Made by a program: the position numbers and the translations under genes. This document shows, piece after piece, positions 20,101-32,000 of a stretch of 32,000 nt of DNA; position 1 is the stretch's first letter, and each line of letters starts with the position of its first letter. This DNA comes from Prevotella phage Lak-A1: sequence record MK250016.1; one strand, written 5' to 3'. Under the pieces are notes generated by a model. It saw only the letters and a program-made list of their open reading frames with translations, ran no database searches and was not told the origin of the DNA.

Positions 20101-23100
20101 ATTTAAGAACAATAACATCAATTGGTCAATATCTCAATAACTATAAGAATATGTTATCTAATTATGGTCAATGTTATTTACAGTTTATAGAATAGGATTA
20201 TAATTAGAATTCACCTTATTACAGACAAGGTAACAATATATGGAAAGGAATTTCAGTAGAACGCGGTATTCTTGTAAATCAGTCAGAAACAACATATTTC
20301 GGTTCTAAAATATTAAATTCTGATATTCCTAATAAACAGGAAATGTTTAATAATTATATTATTGCTGGATTTGAACGACATAATCTTATATATTCTAATA
20401 TTATAAATCTTGAATTTATGTTTAATGATGATGACATGAAAGAATACTCAATGCATCGTTATTTCGGATTATATTTAACTGCGAATGATTTTATTAATTA
20501 TGGCTATATTGTTTCATCTAAAAACAATACAGGAAATACAGTATTGACAAAATATGATGAACAAGGAAACATATATAAAGGTGATGAAAATATATTCAAT
20601 ACAATTTTTAACAAAAATTATTATGATAGATTATTCTTTGCAATAACCAATAATAATGTAGGTAGAGTATAGACAAAAATAGATTTATAGGCGTTCTTTA
20701 AGAATTATGTTACTAATACACCTGATTCTAATTTAATAAGTTTAGATTCAACAGAAATTAATATTGATAAGGAAAATGATAAAAGTTTTATGGTATTACA
20801 TTTCCATAAACCTATTGAATGCGGTGAACATATTAAATTCATAGCATTAGATTATCCTATTGTTAATAAATCATTTACTAATATTGCTAATACTTATGAA
20901 ACAAATTAGTTAACGACAGAACATATTGTTTATGAACTTATTGCATCAAATGATGAGCGTTTATTAGAAACTGATTATAACATTAATCCATATATTGGAA
21001 AACAAAAATGTAGATATTCTGAAAATACATATTTCTATAGAATATCTTTCTATTCACAAGATACAGAATATAATGATATAACAGCGTCATTAGATGTATA
21101 GATAAACCGTATTATCAAATGTATTGAAAAATTCAACACTGATATTATTAGAGTTCAATCATATAATGACAATAGTATTTCTATAATATCATTATATGAC
21201 AGTATGTATGTATAGCATATATTACCACCAAAGTTTGATGATTTTTCATATGATTATACGGCATATACAGGAATTAATGGTATTATTTATACTACAAATA
21301 AAGAATATACTGATAGTCTTGATTTCTTACCACATAAAGAAATTAAACATATTGAAAATAATTCATTAGCGCATGATGATGAAAATGATTGGATAACATA
21401 TGTTGATAATAAAGATATTAAGTGTTGGCATTGTTATGTAGAGAGTGAAGATATTAACAATATAAAAGATGATACCATTTCATATTTTAATAATAATATG
21501 ACATATGAAATGCATGCATTGACAAATCAATCAGATTTCTTTGATAATTATTATTGTGCATTTTCAAATTATTCATTTGAAACATTAGGCTGGAGATATA
21601 ATAATATAGTTAAATTCGAACCAACAAAAAAATTAAATTATACATATCAAGTCAATACAGATATAGCAGATTTAATTAATAAAGTTAAATATCCTTTAGT
21701 TTATAATGTAAATGGTATTTATGATACAGTAAATACATTTAATATTATAAATGGTTATTTAAGAAATAATATATTCGAAACAGATCTTTATAAAAACTAT
21801 ACTATAAATGATCAACAGCAAATAATTGATACTGTATAGAATGTATGTGTTATTACAAACCCATATGATGTTGATACATGTATGATTTCTACTATAAATG
21901 AATCTTTATTGGTTACAAATAAAATACATTTATATAAACCTACAGCAGTTTCTATTTCTATTATGGGTATTACTAATATCAAGGATATTGATACAACAAT
22001 AGATTTAAGCAGAACATTACATAATGAAGATAATCTTATTATCAATATACCTGCAGGAACTTCTATTGCAACAGATGAAAGTGATTATAGAATACAATAC
22101 GGTATTATGTATGAAGTTATAAATGGTAGATTGAAATTTAATAAAGGTAACGCTCAAAAAGGAACAAAATTTTTAATAACTCCTAAAAATATCTATATTA
22201 GTTCAACAACCAATCAAATGACTAAAACTACACCTTATATTTCATTTGTAGATAATACAGTATTAAAGATAGTTGATAAGTAGAAATATTAGACATATAA
22301 TTATGATACAGAAATTCCAGAATTAAAATCAACTAATTATTTTTCAAATCCATCTAATACAAATAATAGTGAATTATTATGGCCTATTGTTCCATTAACA
22401 CAATGTTTATGGAAATCAAACGGTCAATATTATGATAATAATAACATATTGGATGTTAATACATTAAATGAAAAATATGAAGTAAAAGGTAATTTCTGTG
22501 AAAATATTTATACAGCATCAGATTATGATACAAATCAATATGTAACTAATAAGATAGATAATATATTATATATCAATAATGAATCGACAACATATAAAGA
22601 AAGTATATTAAATGGTTCAGTATAGCATTCTATTAAAAAATTATTAATTGATAATACAAATATAGACACTGCTTCAGTATATTATAATTCAAATATAAAG
22701 AGTCTTGAATTTATATTTTCTGGAATTAAATTTAATATTAAGTTAAATACAAAAATCGTTAATAGTTATATTCATCTTGAAGATTATTCAGGTTTTGAAG
22801 CATTCGTATTAACTGATTATGATTTAACAAAATCTAATGAACTTTATATATCATTAAAAGAGAAATTTATATTATTAATAAACCATTAGTTCTATATTGA
22901 TTATCAACATGAAGGTGCAAATAATATAAAGAATTTAACAGATGATGAATATTAGAGTTATGCTGATTATGCGGTATTAAATTCACCATATGATATTGAT
23001 TTCAAAACAGTATCATCAACGAATAACAGTATATTATCACATAAGAGAAATAATTTCCATAAAAAATTATTAAGTATTATTGATAGACATAATATGTGGA

Positions 23101-24647
23101 ATTCATTATTTGTATAGTATGATATTCCTAATGTTAATATTAAAGATTTAAATAAGTCACAATTTATAACATATGCATTAGAAGATACTATCGATTGTGA
23201 TGAATATGTTTCAGTTAATAATGTATATGACAGAGGTTTATTATATAATGGTAATTCTGGTTTTATTGTTAATACTCCAACTAATATATCTTCATTAAAT
23301 ATTATTTCATCTGATAGTTATTCTTATGTTATAACAAAAGCTGATGGTGATTATAATCATACAGCAAAACAAATATTAGAACGTGTTATTGATTTAACTA
23401 CATTAAAAGAAAATTCTACAGCACAATTATTAAATATATCTAATGTATTGTATCCAAAGAAAATTTCATTGAATGAAACAAAATTAGCAGCAACTATAAA
23501 TAAAACTTATTATAATCCAACATAGTTAAAATTATCTAATATTCTTAATAGTAATCAATTTATTATGACATATAAAGACACTTCTACTGGTCTTTTAAAA
23601 AGAACTAAATTGATGACAGGTAATAATCTTGTACAATTCAAAAAATATATCAGTAAATTGATAACTACAGAATCAGCAAAAGATAAATTAACACGATATG
23701 TAAATTCATTTACAAATGATGTTGATGTATATATTATTCCTGGTAATTCTGAAGTAAAACATATATAGAATACAGAGGAATATAATCCGTTAATATTTAC
23801 ATTATCGATACCTAATCAGATTAAGTTTAATTATGGTTGGTTTACTCCTAATACAAATAATATGTTTGATTTCTATGTAGATGATGAATTGAAAGATATT
23901 CTTAATGTTGATTTATTGTAGTCAAATACAAAATTGAAATCAATTAACAGAATTAAGAATTATACAGGTAATAAAGTATTTGAGGATACAAAATTACAGA
24001 AGTTAAATAAGAATTATTATTTAATAAATGAAAGATCATTATTAAGTGCTACATGGGATAATAATTATTATAGAAAATATACTTCAGAAAATGAGTATAC
24101 AAGTATTGATGGACATAAAACCGGTATTGATGATAAGTCATTCTTTGGTTCTCATTGTATGGTAATTCATAATGAATATATATTGCTTAATACATGGTCA
24201 TACCAAACAGCAAATGATATTTTAACTGTTAATTTCTCAGATGCTTCATTTAACATGTCAGATAATAATTAGAGAACTACAACGATAACTATTAATATAT
24301 CTTCTGCGATATTTAATCATTTCATAAATAATAATCAGTTTAATGAAAACTGGATATATTTTAAAGATTCACAATATACAGGTTAGAAGAATTATATTAA
24401 TAATACCTTATCTGTTTATTACAATTATAAATCAAAAATAGAAGTTGAATTATTCTCAAAAGATACTGAACCAAATTCAGTTATAAATATAGTAACAGAA
24501 AAACCAGATAATTTAAGTACATATAATAAGTATGAAAATTATTCAACTAAATTTGAAACAAAAGAGAATTTAAATACATTAACTATTGTACTGAATGAAA
24601 CAACTGGTAAGAATATATATCCAACTGTTAAAATTTATAAACGATAA
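17148..24647 (+). CDS. Giant putative tail/baseplate structural protein (2499 aa, many TAG as Gln)
   Basis: ORF-track pieces 17148-17513, 17895-18140, 18171-18515, 19077-19385, 19617-20195, 20343-20672, 21498-21839, 21882-22283, 23565-23768 and 23934-24272 all share one frame. Sampled gaps contain only TAG stops; ends at TAA 24645-24647. Confidence 0.8.
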
Positions 24648-24652
24648 AAAGT

Positions 24653-25780
24653 ATGCAGATTTCTTAGAGATTTCATAATGATACATATGCACCTGGTATT
24701 GCCACATATGGTATACAAGGTAAAGACGGTGAACAAGGTACACCAGGTACGAGTTTATTCTTCAGTGAATACTCGTTACCTGATGAATACCATGATTTTA
24801 CTAAAAAAATTACATCTAGAATGTTACCAGTAAAAAATGAGTAGATATAGTTAAAAAGAAAATTTGTAAATGGTGATTAGTTTGTAGATCCAACTGGAAA
24901 AGTATATCTTTTAATGGATATAAATCAATTAATAAGAGATATAAATAATGGAACTGATCAATTATGGACTAATGAAAAATTAAAATATATAGGAAAATTT
25001 AATTCTACAAATAATTCTGATATATTTAGTGATACAAATAATTCTGGAACACTTAGATCACATAAGTTTATTATATCTGATGATAGCAAAACAGCAACTG
25101 GTAGCGGATTATTAACAGTTTCTCATACAACTAAAGATACAGATAATGATATTAATTTTATTAATTTAGAATCATTATATAGTGGTCAACATGATATGAA
25201 TTTGGATATTAAATTTAGCAAAAAATATAATGGATTCATGATAAGTTCAAAATATCCAATTTATTTAAATGCTAATGTATATACTAAATTTAATGATTCA
25301 AATAATTCAAATAATGAATATTCACCTGTTTATACAACTGCTGATAATAAATCAAAAACTATTACAGATTATATAGCAGCAACAAAAGATTTAAGATGTG
25401 ATATAGATGCATCTATATATAGTTATACAAAGAAAGATACATCTATAATTTATTATGGCGTTATTTATAAAATATCATTTGGACGAAAAGATGATACTAA
25501 CTCAAAATAGTGGGGAGATTTCGTAAATACATATGATAATGGAAATACTATAATACATTTTCAAAATAAAGAACATTCTGATTTTACAACAGTAATTCCA
25601 ACAATATAGAATTATAATTTTAGATAGGATTATGATTATGTAAAATTAAATGATTTAATTAATAAAGTACAATATAATGATTTACCAAATGTCACAATAT
25701 CAGTAATTAATGGTATAGAAGCATATGTCACTATTAATGATAAAGGTATTTCAGGAATAAGAAAAAGAACAACTAATTAA
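24653..25780 (+). CDS. Putative tail fibre protein with short collagen-like leader (375 aa)
   Basis: MQIS[Q]RFHNDTYAPGIATYGIQGKDGEQGTPGTSLFFSEYSLPDEY...; continuous through ORF 24914-25510 to TAA at 25778. Confidence 0.7.
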
Positions 25781-25782
25781 AA

Positions 25783-28700
25783 ATGAGTTATACATATAAA
25801 CATGGATTACCTGGAATTGGTGTAACCGGTTAGCAGGGAAAACAAGGTAAATCTGGAAATTCTATATATTTTGGTACATTTGATTCTTTTTTTAAATATA
25901 TTGATACAAGTACATTAAGTTCTATTGATTATGATGATAAAGATTATGATATAACATATGCTAAAGATGAATATCGATTAGATCCAAAATATAATGAAGG
26001 TGATTTACTTTATATATTAAATAGCAGTATAAAAGATTCTTCTATTGATTGTGTAATAGAAATTACAGAAGATTTGACAACATGTACATCTACATAGTTA
26101 GCAAATAAAATAACATATAAAAAACCATTTACTGTAAATAAAAACAAATTCAATAGATTGAATATTGTTGGTGCAGGTATGGATTCAGCAACTAAACATG
26201 GAATGTTTATTGCTAATGAATTATATAATAATTATCCGATAAATGTTAAATATGTAATAGACAATAATAATAAAAAGCCAGAGAAGATAACAGATTTAAC
26301 AGATCAAAATATTGATGTTGCAGATGAACCTTTTATTATTCCCGAAAGATATTCAGATGCAAAAGAATCATATATATATCTTAATAATGGAAAAGAAATT
26401 AATAAGTATAAGTATGAATTAAATACAGGTAAAAAGGTATTATTAAATTTAAATTATAATTCACGATTATTTGAAATACAATCATATTTAAATTCTAATA
26501 TGTGTATAAACACTTATGATGTTAATTTATATATTGATAATTTACATATTAGAAATAATAATAAAGGTAATATTGAAGCATTAAATACATTATATAATAA
26601 TGATTTGGTTTTAAATTCATATGGAAATTGTTATACATTAACTGAAGATAATTATGATTCCAGTACATAGTCTTTTATTATGAATGTAGATAACTTCTTT
26701 AATAATATAGATGTTTCTAAAGATGATTATGTATATGGTTATATTCATATGTATTATAATTATAATGATATGAATAATAAAAATTCTGGGGTTCGCGCAC
26801 GTTATTATTCTAATTATATAAAAGGCACATTTACAGATACATCATTATCTAAAGTAAGAGTACCAAAAACAGATGATAAAGGAAATTATATTAGAGATTA
26901 TAATAATGAAAGTTACAAAAATGTAACATCTTCTGAAATTAAACAAGTCCTTATTAATACATGGGATACATCTACATTAGAAAATGTAAAATCTTTATTA
27001 CCAGAAACTGTAAATGAAGTAACATTTAATATATATAAAGGTGTAAAAGGTATTATCCAAACAGAAGAAGTAGAACAATATAAAGTATATGATAAGGTTA
27101 CAGATGTAAGTACAGGTTATTATTATAAGAAATATCATATAGATTCGTCTATTTTTATATATGAAGGAAAGACTAATACATTATAGACTAAAGCAAAATT
27201 TAATGATTATTTTGATACAAGCTATTATTCTGGAATTGACACAAAATAGTTTGATTATTCAGATTCTTCTGTATTGAAAATATCATTAGATCAATATGAT
27301 AATGATTCATAGAAATATAGACATCATATTATACAGCAATATATAGGAAATAAGTATGGCATTAAATATTTCAGTAAATTAACTCGTGCTGATTTTAATT
27401 ATCAGACATCTGAATTTGATATAGATGCTTCATTTGTATAGGTAAATCATAAAGATTTAAATAGAACTTTAAATTATGATGATGTTTTTAATATTACCAT
27501 TGATAATAATGTTATGTCATTAGAATTTAAAGATAAATTAACGAAGTTATATGATCTTTATGTATATGAAAATGGTAGTAAAACTAATGTTATATTAAAT
27601 GAAAATACCGGTATATATCAAGTAAAGTATATAACTGTATCAAAACAAGATATTCAAACTGATGTTATTAATAAAATAAACGATGATAAATTCTTAAAAT
27701 GCATATATGATGGTAGTGTTATAAGTATACCTAATACAGAAATATTATATACAATTAAATATAATACAATAGAAGATAATACAGATTATACTATTGATGA
27801 ATCTACAAATCATGATAAAATAGTGTATAATAATATGGTTACATATAATAGAGTATTAAAAGGTTATACTGAAAAACGAACTATTCCAGAAGTTAAAATG
27901 AATATTTATAATGATTTGGAATCATTGGAAAATATTAATAATTCTTCAAATGGTATTTTATGTAATCAATTCCAAACTTTCATGACATTAGAAATAGATA
28001 AATTCAGTAATGATGATTGGGGATTATATAAAGAATATTTACCAGATCCTAAATTAAGAATTTATATCAATAGAAATATATCTGATAAACCATCATTAAC
28101 TGCAGATGATAATACAATAAAAGAGTGGATATTTAAATATACATTATATAAACCTGGTATTGATATTTACAATATTACTGCAAATGAACTTGATGATCAA
28201 TCTATTGTTAAAGTATCATAGACAGATGGTGACGAAGAATTTTATGAATTTACTATTGATGAAGCAATGTCAGGTATATGGTATTTAAGAATATATATTG
28301 AATCACAAAATCCTGAACCATACACATTTAATTTACAGTATACTATTGATAAAATTAAAATTATCACATCTAATAACCATACATTTACATTAAATGCGAA
28401 AGATATAAATAAAGATAATTTATATGAATCAAATACACTTAAATTAAGTATTGCACCTATTTCATATATAGCATCATATTCATAGAATATATCTCTTATT
28501 TAGACAAGATATTTACAGCATCCAAATGCTATCGGTGTAAGAAAATGGTTCGGTTCTCGCGAAGTTACAAATATCGCTATTATGCCATATAGATATGATG
28601 AAATATCATAGAAGAAAGTAAATAATAAAGCATATAAAATACCAAACTGGAATTCTATAACATTTAAAAATAGATATTTACAAGATAATATTAAAACATT

Positions 28701-29598
28701 ATCAATATTCACATAGAATATAAATGATATTAATAATGTATTACCAAGTAAATTATATAAAAATACATGGTTATGTGAAGATACAGATGATATAACAGAA
28801 AATTATCTTAGACTCATATTTAATGCTAATATATTTACACCACGCTTATTGAATGATCAATATAGTTTCATATATAATAATTAGCGTTTATTAGCATCTT
28901 AGTATAGTCAATTAAATAATAATTCTGCTGTATATATTCATTAGTACAATGATATAAATTTAAGAACTGATTCATTATTGAAATCTATGATGAAATGGAA
29001 TGATGAATATGAAAAATCATATCATTATGAAACAGATAATCCTTTTAGAGGACATATAGAAACATATGGAAACGGTTATCAATACTTACCGAATTCTGCT
29101 GATAACAATCAGTATAATCAATATATGTCATTAAAAGAAATTAAGAAATAGAATGAATTACAATTCTTTGATTTAGGACTTAATAAAGTTAAAACATATG
29201 ATATAAACAGACCAGATAAACGAGATGCATATACACCACCTGTATTATTCAATCAATTATTATATCAGGCTTCATGGTGTTATCCATATTATACAACAAA
29301 TAATGAAGAAGTACAAAATTCAAAATCTAAACAATATATTAAACAATTAGATTTTGATAATGCTGTTACATTAGAAAATGGTGTTTTAGATGCAAATAAA
29401 ATGCCATATAACTTATGTTATAATATATACCCGCGAATGATGTTTAATGATGAAGAACAATATAATGTTGTCTTAATGTTAAGAAGACCTTCTGTTAAAA
29501 AAGAAGGACAATATGAATTTAAATCAAAAGATATTCAATAGAAATTTAACATAAGTCAAATTCAATCAATAAACAAATATTTGTATCCATTAAATTAA
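25783..29598 (+). CDS. Putative tail fibre/adhesin-type structural protein with collagen-like leader (1271 aa)
   Basis: MSYTYKHGLPGIGVTG[Q]QGKQGKSGNSIYFGTFDSFF...; frame joins ORFs 26158-26670, 26680-27186, 27514-28221 and 28267-28485; TAA at 29596-29598. Confidence 0.75.
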
Positions 29599-29604
29599 AT
29601 TATA

Positions 29605-29639
29605 AAAGGAGATTAACAGTTTTAGTTAATCTCCTTTTT
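29605..29639. terminator. Bidirectional intrinsic terminator between convergent genes
   Basis: AAAGGAGATTAAC / GTTAATCTCCTTT 13-bp stem, 7-nt loop, A-tract left and T-tract right. Confidence 0.85.
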
Positions 29640-29640
29640 A

Positions 29641-30018
29641 TTATTTAAACATTATTCTTCTCATTATATTCTGCTCTGTTCCTGAATTCACTTTTCCTTC
29701 TCTTATAAAAGCAATATCAAAATTACTGTCATGCGTCATTGCAGAATCTCTATCAATATCATCTTTATAATTAGGTTTCGTATGTGTGATAAATTTATTT
29801 ATATACATAGGTTTATTATTCATATGGTAAACAGTTACATTATCACCATAACCTATATTAACTAAATAATCCTGTGCAAATGTATCAGCACCCCAATAAT
29901 CACCAACAACAAATTTTGCATTTTTATCAAATGCACATACTTCATCAATTTTTGGAATATAATGTTTTTTAAATTCTTCTATTGTTAAATCTCTATGTCC
30001 TGATATGAAATAAATCAT
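29641..30018 (-). CDS. SLOG/Rossmann-like nucleotide-binding family protein (125 aa), tentative
   Basis: MIYFISGHRDLTIEEF...AKFVVGDYWGADTFAQDYLVNIGY...: beta-strand followed by GHRxLT, and G-x-W/A-x-x-x-A pattern typical of SLOG-superfamily proteins. Confidence 0.55.
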   Translation of the reverse strand: MIYFISGHRDLTIEEFKKHYIPKIDEVCAFDKNAKFVVGDYWGADTFAQDYLVNIGYGDNVTVYHMNNKPMYINKFITHTKPNYKDDIDRDSAMTHDSNFDIAFIREGKVNSGTEQNIMRRIMFK

Positions 30019-30025
30019 TTTATAT

Positions 30026-30724
30026 TTAAATATTAATTTTATTAATTCCCGTTATATTCTATATCATAGTTAATATAGATTCTTTAACAGATTGTTTATA
30101 TTTTAAAAACGGAATATATTGCCATTGCCATGGTTCAATAAATCTTATATCCTTTATTTTATTTATATTATATGTTCTAAATATGAAACCTTCATTTTTT
30201 AAATTATATTTCTTCTTAATATAATTAAGTAATTTAGTCTAACCACCATCATGTAAAAAGAATTTACTGATATTCTATGATATTGGTAACTGACCTTGAT
30301 GTGCCTACACAGAAGCGTTACTATTAAAAAAATTAGGATCTAAATTATAAATATCATTTAATATTAAAGTACGTAAATCATAATTACATAAATTCAAATT
30401 TATACCCTATATGATATTTTTATTATTACCAGTACATAATACCAATGGTAATGTATCGTAATATTCAAACTTTACTCTACCATCATTATATTTTGTTGTT
30501 GTATCTGTAACATATTTAAACATATAGATATGTCCAGGTATTAAAGTTAATTTAGAATTAGATTCTGAATCATATTCATCTAATCCCATTGCTTTTTCTT
30601 TACCTCTTTTACCATATAAAAATAAATTTTTTACAATAGACTCATATGCTTTATCCTCATATTTGTCATTTGTTTTATTCATTTTTTTAATATCTGTTAA
30701 AAATTTATCTTTTGTATATTCCAT
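30026..30724 (-). CDS. Hypothetical phage protein (232 aa, 5 TAG as Gln)
   Basis: MEYTKDKFLTDIKKMNKTND...LTLIPGHIYMFKYV...YYDTLPLVLCTGNNKNII[Q]GINLNLCNYDLRTLILND...FIEPWQWQYIPFLKYKQSV...ITGINKINI; TAA at 30026-30028. Confidence 0.75.
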
Positions 30725-30726
30725 AA

Positions 30727-32000
30727 TTATTTACGTAAATATTGTGCTTTTGATTTTCTTGATAATGATTCTATTCTAGTAAGTCTCTATCGCATATCAA
30801 TAGATGGATCTACAATAGATGCAAATTCTCTTTGAATACTTTCAGCTTTAGGAACCTTTAATGCTTTTATAACAGTTTTGAAATTATCTAATTTCATATT
30901 TTCTTTCTTTAATTCATTAATTTCCTTGTTTAATTTTGCTATATATGCATTTACAAGTGATTGAATAGGTACTTGTTCAATAGAGTCTAATTTACCATAA
31001 AATGTATTCTTTAATCTATCTAATATTGCAATTAATGGTGTTAATATAGATATAGGTTGATCTGATACATTTACATATAAAATAATAGGCCATGGATACA
31101 TTCCACGTATACCGATACCAAATACCATAATTATACCAAATATTGGTATATATACTGATTTAATAGCTATGAATATACATGGTAATGGAATACACTAAAT
31201 GAATGGAAATATGTCTAATCCACAATTCCAGAATGTTGGAACAATACATATAAGTGTTGCTAATGCAAAATATTTTTTCCAATATGGATAATCTTTAATC
31301 GTAATTGCATTTATATCATCTGGCGGTAATTGTTCATGTTTATTCATTTCATCCAATGCCCAGTTTTCATCAACCGGATATTCATCTGGTATTTCTGGAA
31401 ATTCAACTTCTTCAGGAAAACTGTAATCACCTATACTTATATCATTTATTGAACTATCTAAATCGGCAGGATATATATTTTCAAATAAGTAATGTTGATA
31501 ATATATGTTATCGATTGTAATATCCTAAGGAGTTGGCCACTATGCATATTCATCCATTTTATCAGCAAGATTTATTAATAAATTATAGCATTTATCATAT
31601 GTACAATCTTCATATTCTTTAATAACTTTATCCCAAAATGCTCTTATCTTTTTTGACTCTTCCTATACTAATTCTAAATATATATACGGTTTATCTTTAT
31701 CAGTTTCTTTATAAGGATTTTTCTAACTATCATATGATTTTATATATGTATACATAGTAGCTAACTATGAACATATTTCATTTGGTGCGTCAGAATCTTC
31801 ATCAGAATCATATTTATATAATGAAGCGATATAATCATATATTTGTTTATATTCATTATCACCTGTATATTTTTCACCTGCATTCTGAATAGCTTCATCA
31901 TCTAATTCCTAACCGTATTTCTCTTTATTATCGACTGTAAACTATTTAGTTATCTTTTCTTTATATGCTTTATTCTCATTCTATACATATGATGATATTA
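30727..32000 (-). CDS. Large phage protein with internal hydrophobic segments and C-terminal coil, partial (N-terminus beyond window)
   Basis: One TAG-readthrough frame from the window end to TAA at 30727-30729: ...DYPYWKKYFALATLICIVPTFWNCGLDIFPFI[Q]CIPLPCIFIAIKSVYIPIFGIIMVFGIGIRGMYPWPIILYVN...LNKEINELKKENMKLDNF...SKAQYLRK; about 10 in-frame TAGs. Confidence 0.75.

Noticed and set aside
16640-28712. Minus-strand ORFs 16640-16843, 17311-17526, 21812-22045 and 28500-28712
   Set aside because: Lie opposite long TAG-readthrough structural genes; composition typical of antisense translations.
11903-29598. Interpretation of the structural region as decayed pseudogenes or an assembly full of nonsense errors
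   Set aside because: Interruptions are exclusively TAG, never TGA or TAA, and frames stay open for kilobases, which fits recoding rather than decay.
7094-29598. TGA recoding (code 4) in addition to TAG
   Set aside because: No in-frame TGA found in the frames I reconstructed, and TGA appears to act as a stop at 6800-6802.
31305-31520. + strand ORF 31305-31520
   Set aside because: Antisense of the 30727-32000 gene; His/Leu-rich shadow translation.
1-32000. CRISPR array, suppressor tRNA-CUA, transposon or retroelement
   Set aside because: No regularly spaced repeats, no recognisable tRNA, and no transposase, reverse transcriptase or terminal inverted repeats seen in this window.

Overview
AT-rich phage segment, best explained as part of a large tailed-phage genome that reads TAG as an amino acid (almost certainly Gln, translation table 15). 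I infer a Bacteroidetes/Prevotella-type host. The supplied standard-code ORF track breaks many real genes at TAG. Reading TAG through gives clean long ORFs that almost all stop at TAA. These include a + strand structural cassette: 11903-12883 (326 aa), 12904-14775 (623 aa), 14784-17045 (753 aa), 17148-24647 (2499 aa), 24653-25780 (375 aa) and 25783-29598 (1271 aa). There is also an isolated tail-like gene pair (7094-7831, 7844-8074). Minus-strand genes include a UvsW-like SF2 helicase (9654-11249), an Rnl2-like RNA ligase (5714-6559), and a nuclease-like protein with 'TCLxKYGVE' repeats (4473-5711). A SLOG/Rossmann-like protein (29641-30018), a large protein with a hydrophobic core (30727-32000+) and a compact operon of unknown genes (680-3777) are also on the minus strand. 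The most interesting observations are: (1) TAG-as-Gln is strongly partitioned by gene, absent from about 1,800 codons of putatively early/accessory genes but about 1.4-2.8% of codons in structural genes; (2) three minus-strand promoters have an exact T7-N17-TATCTTTG architecture matching the Bacteroidetes -7 box (TAnnTTTG), and at least one is fused to a terminator T-tract; (3) there is a conserved family of A/T-tract terminators; (4) a 2,499-aa structural gene is invisible to standard-code annotation; (5) two adjacent fibre genes share a collagen-like leader; (6) a non-coding divergent region of about 650 bp precedes the structural cassette. No defence system, CRISPR array or tRNA could be supported.
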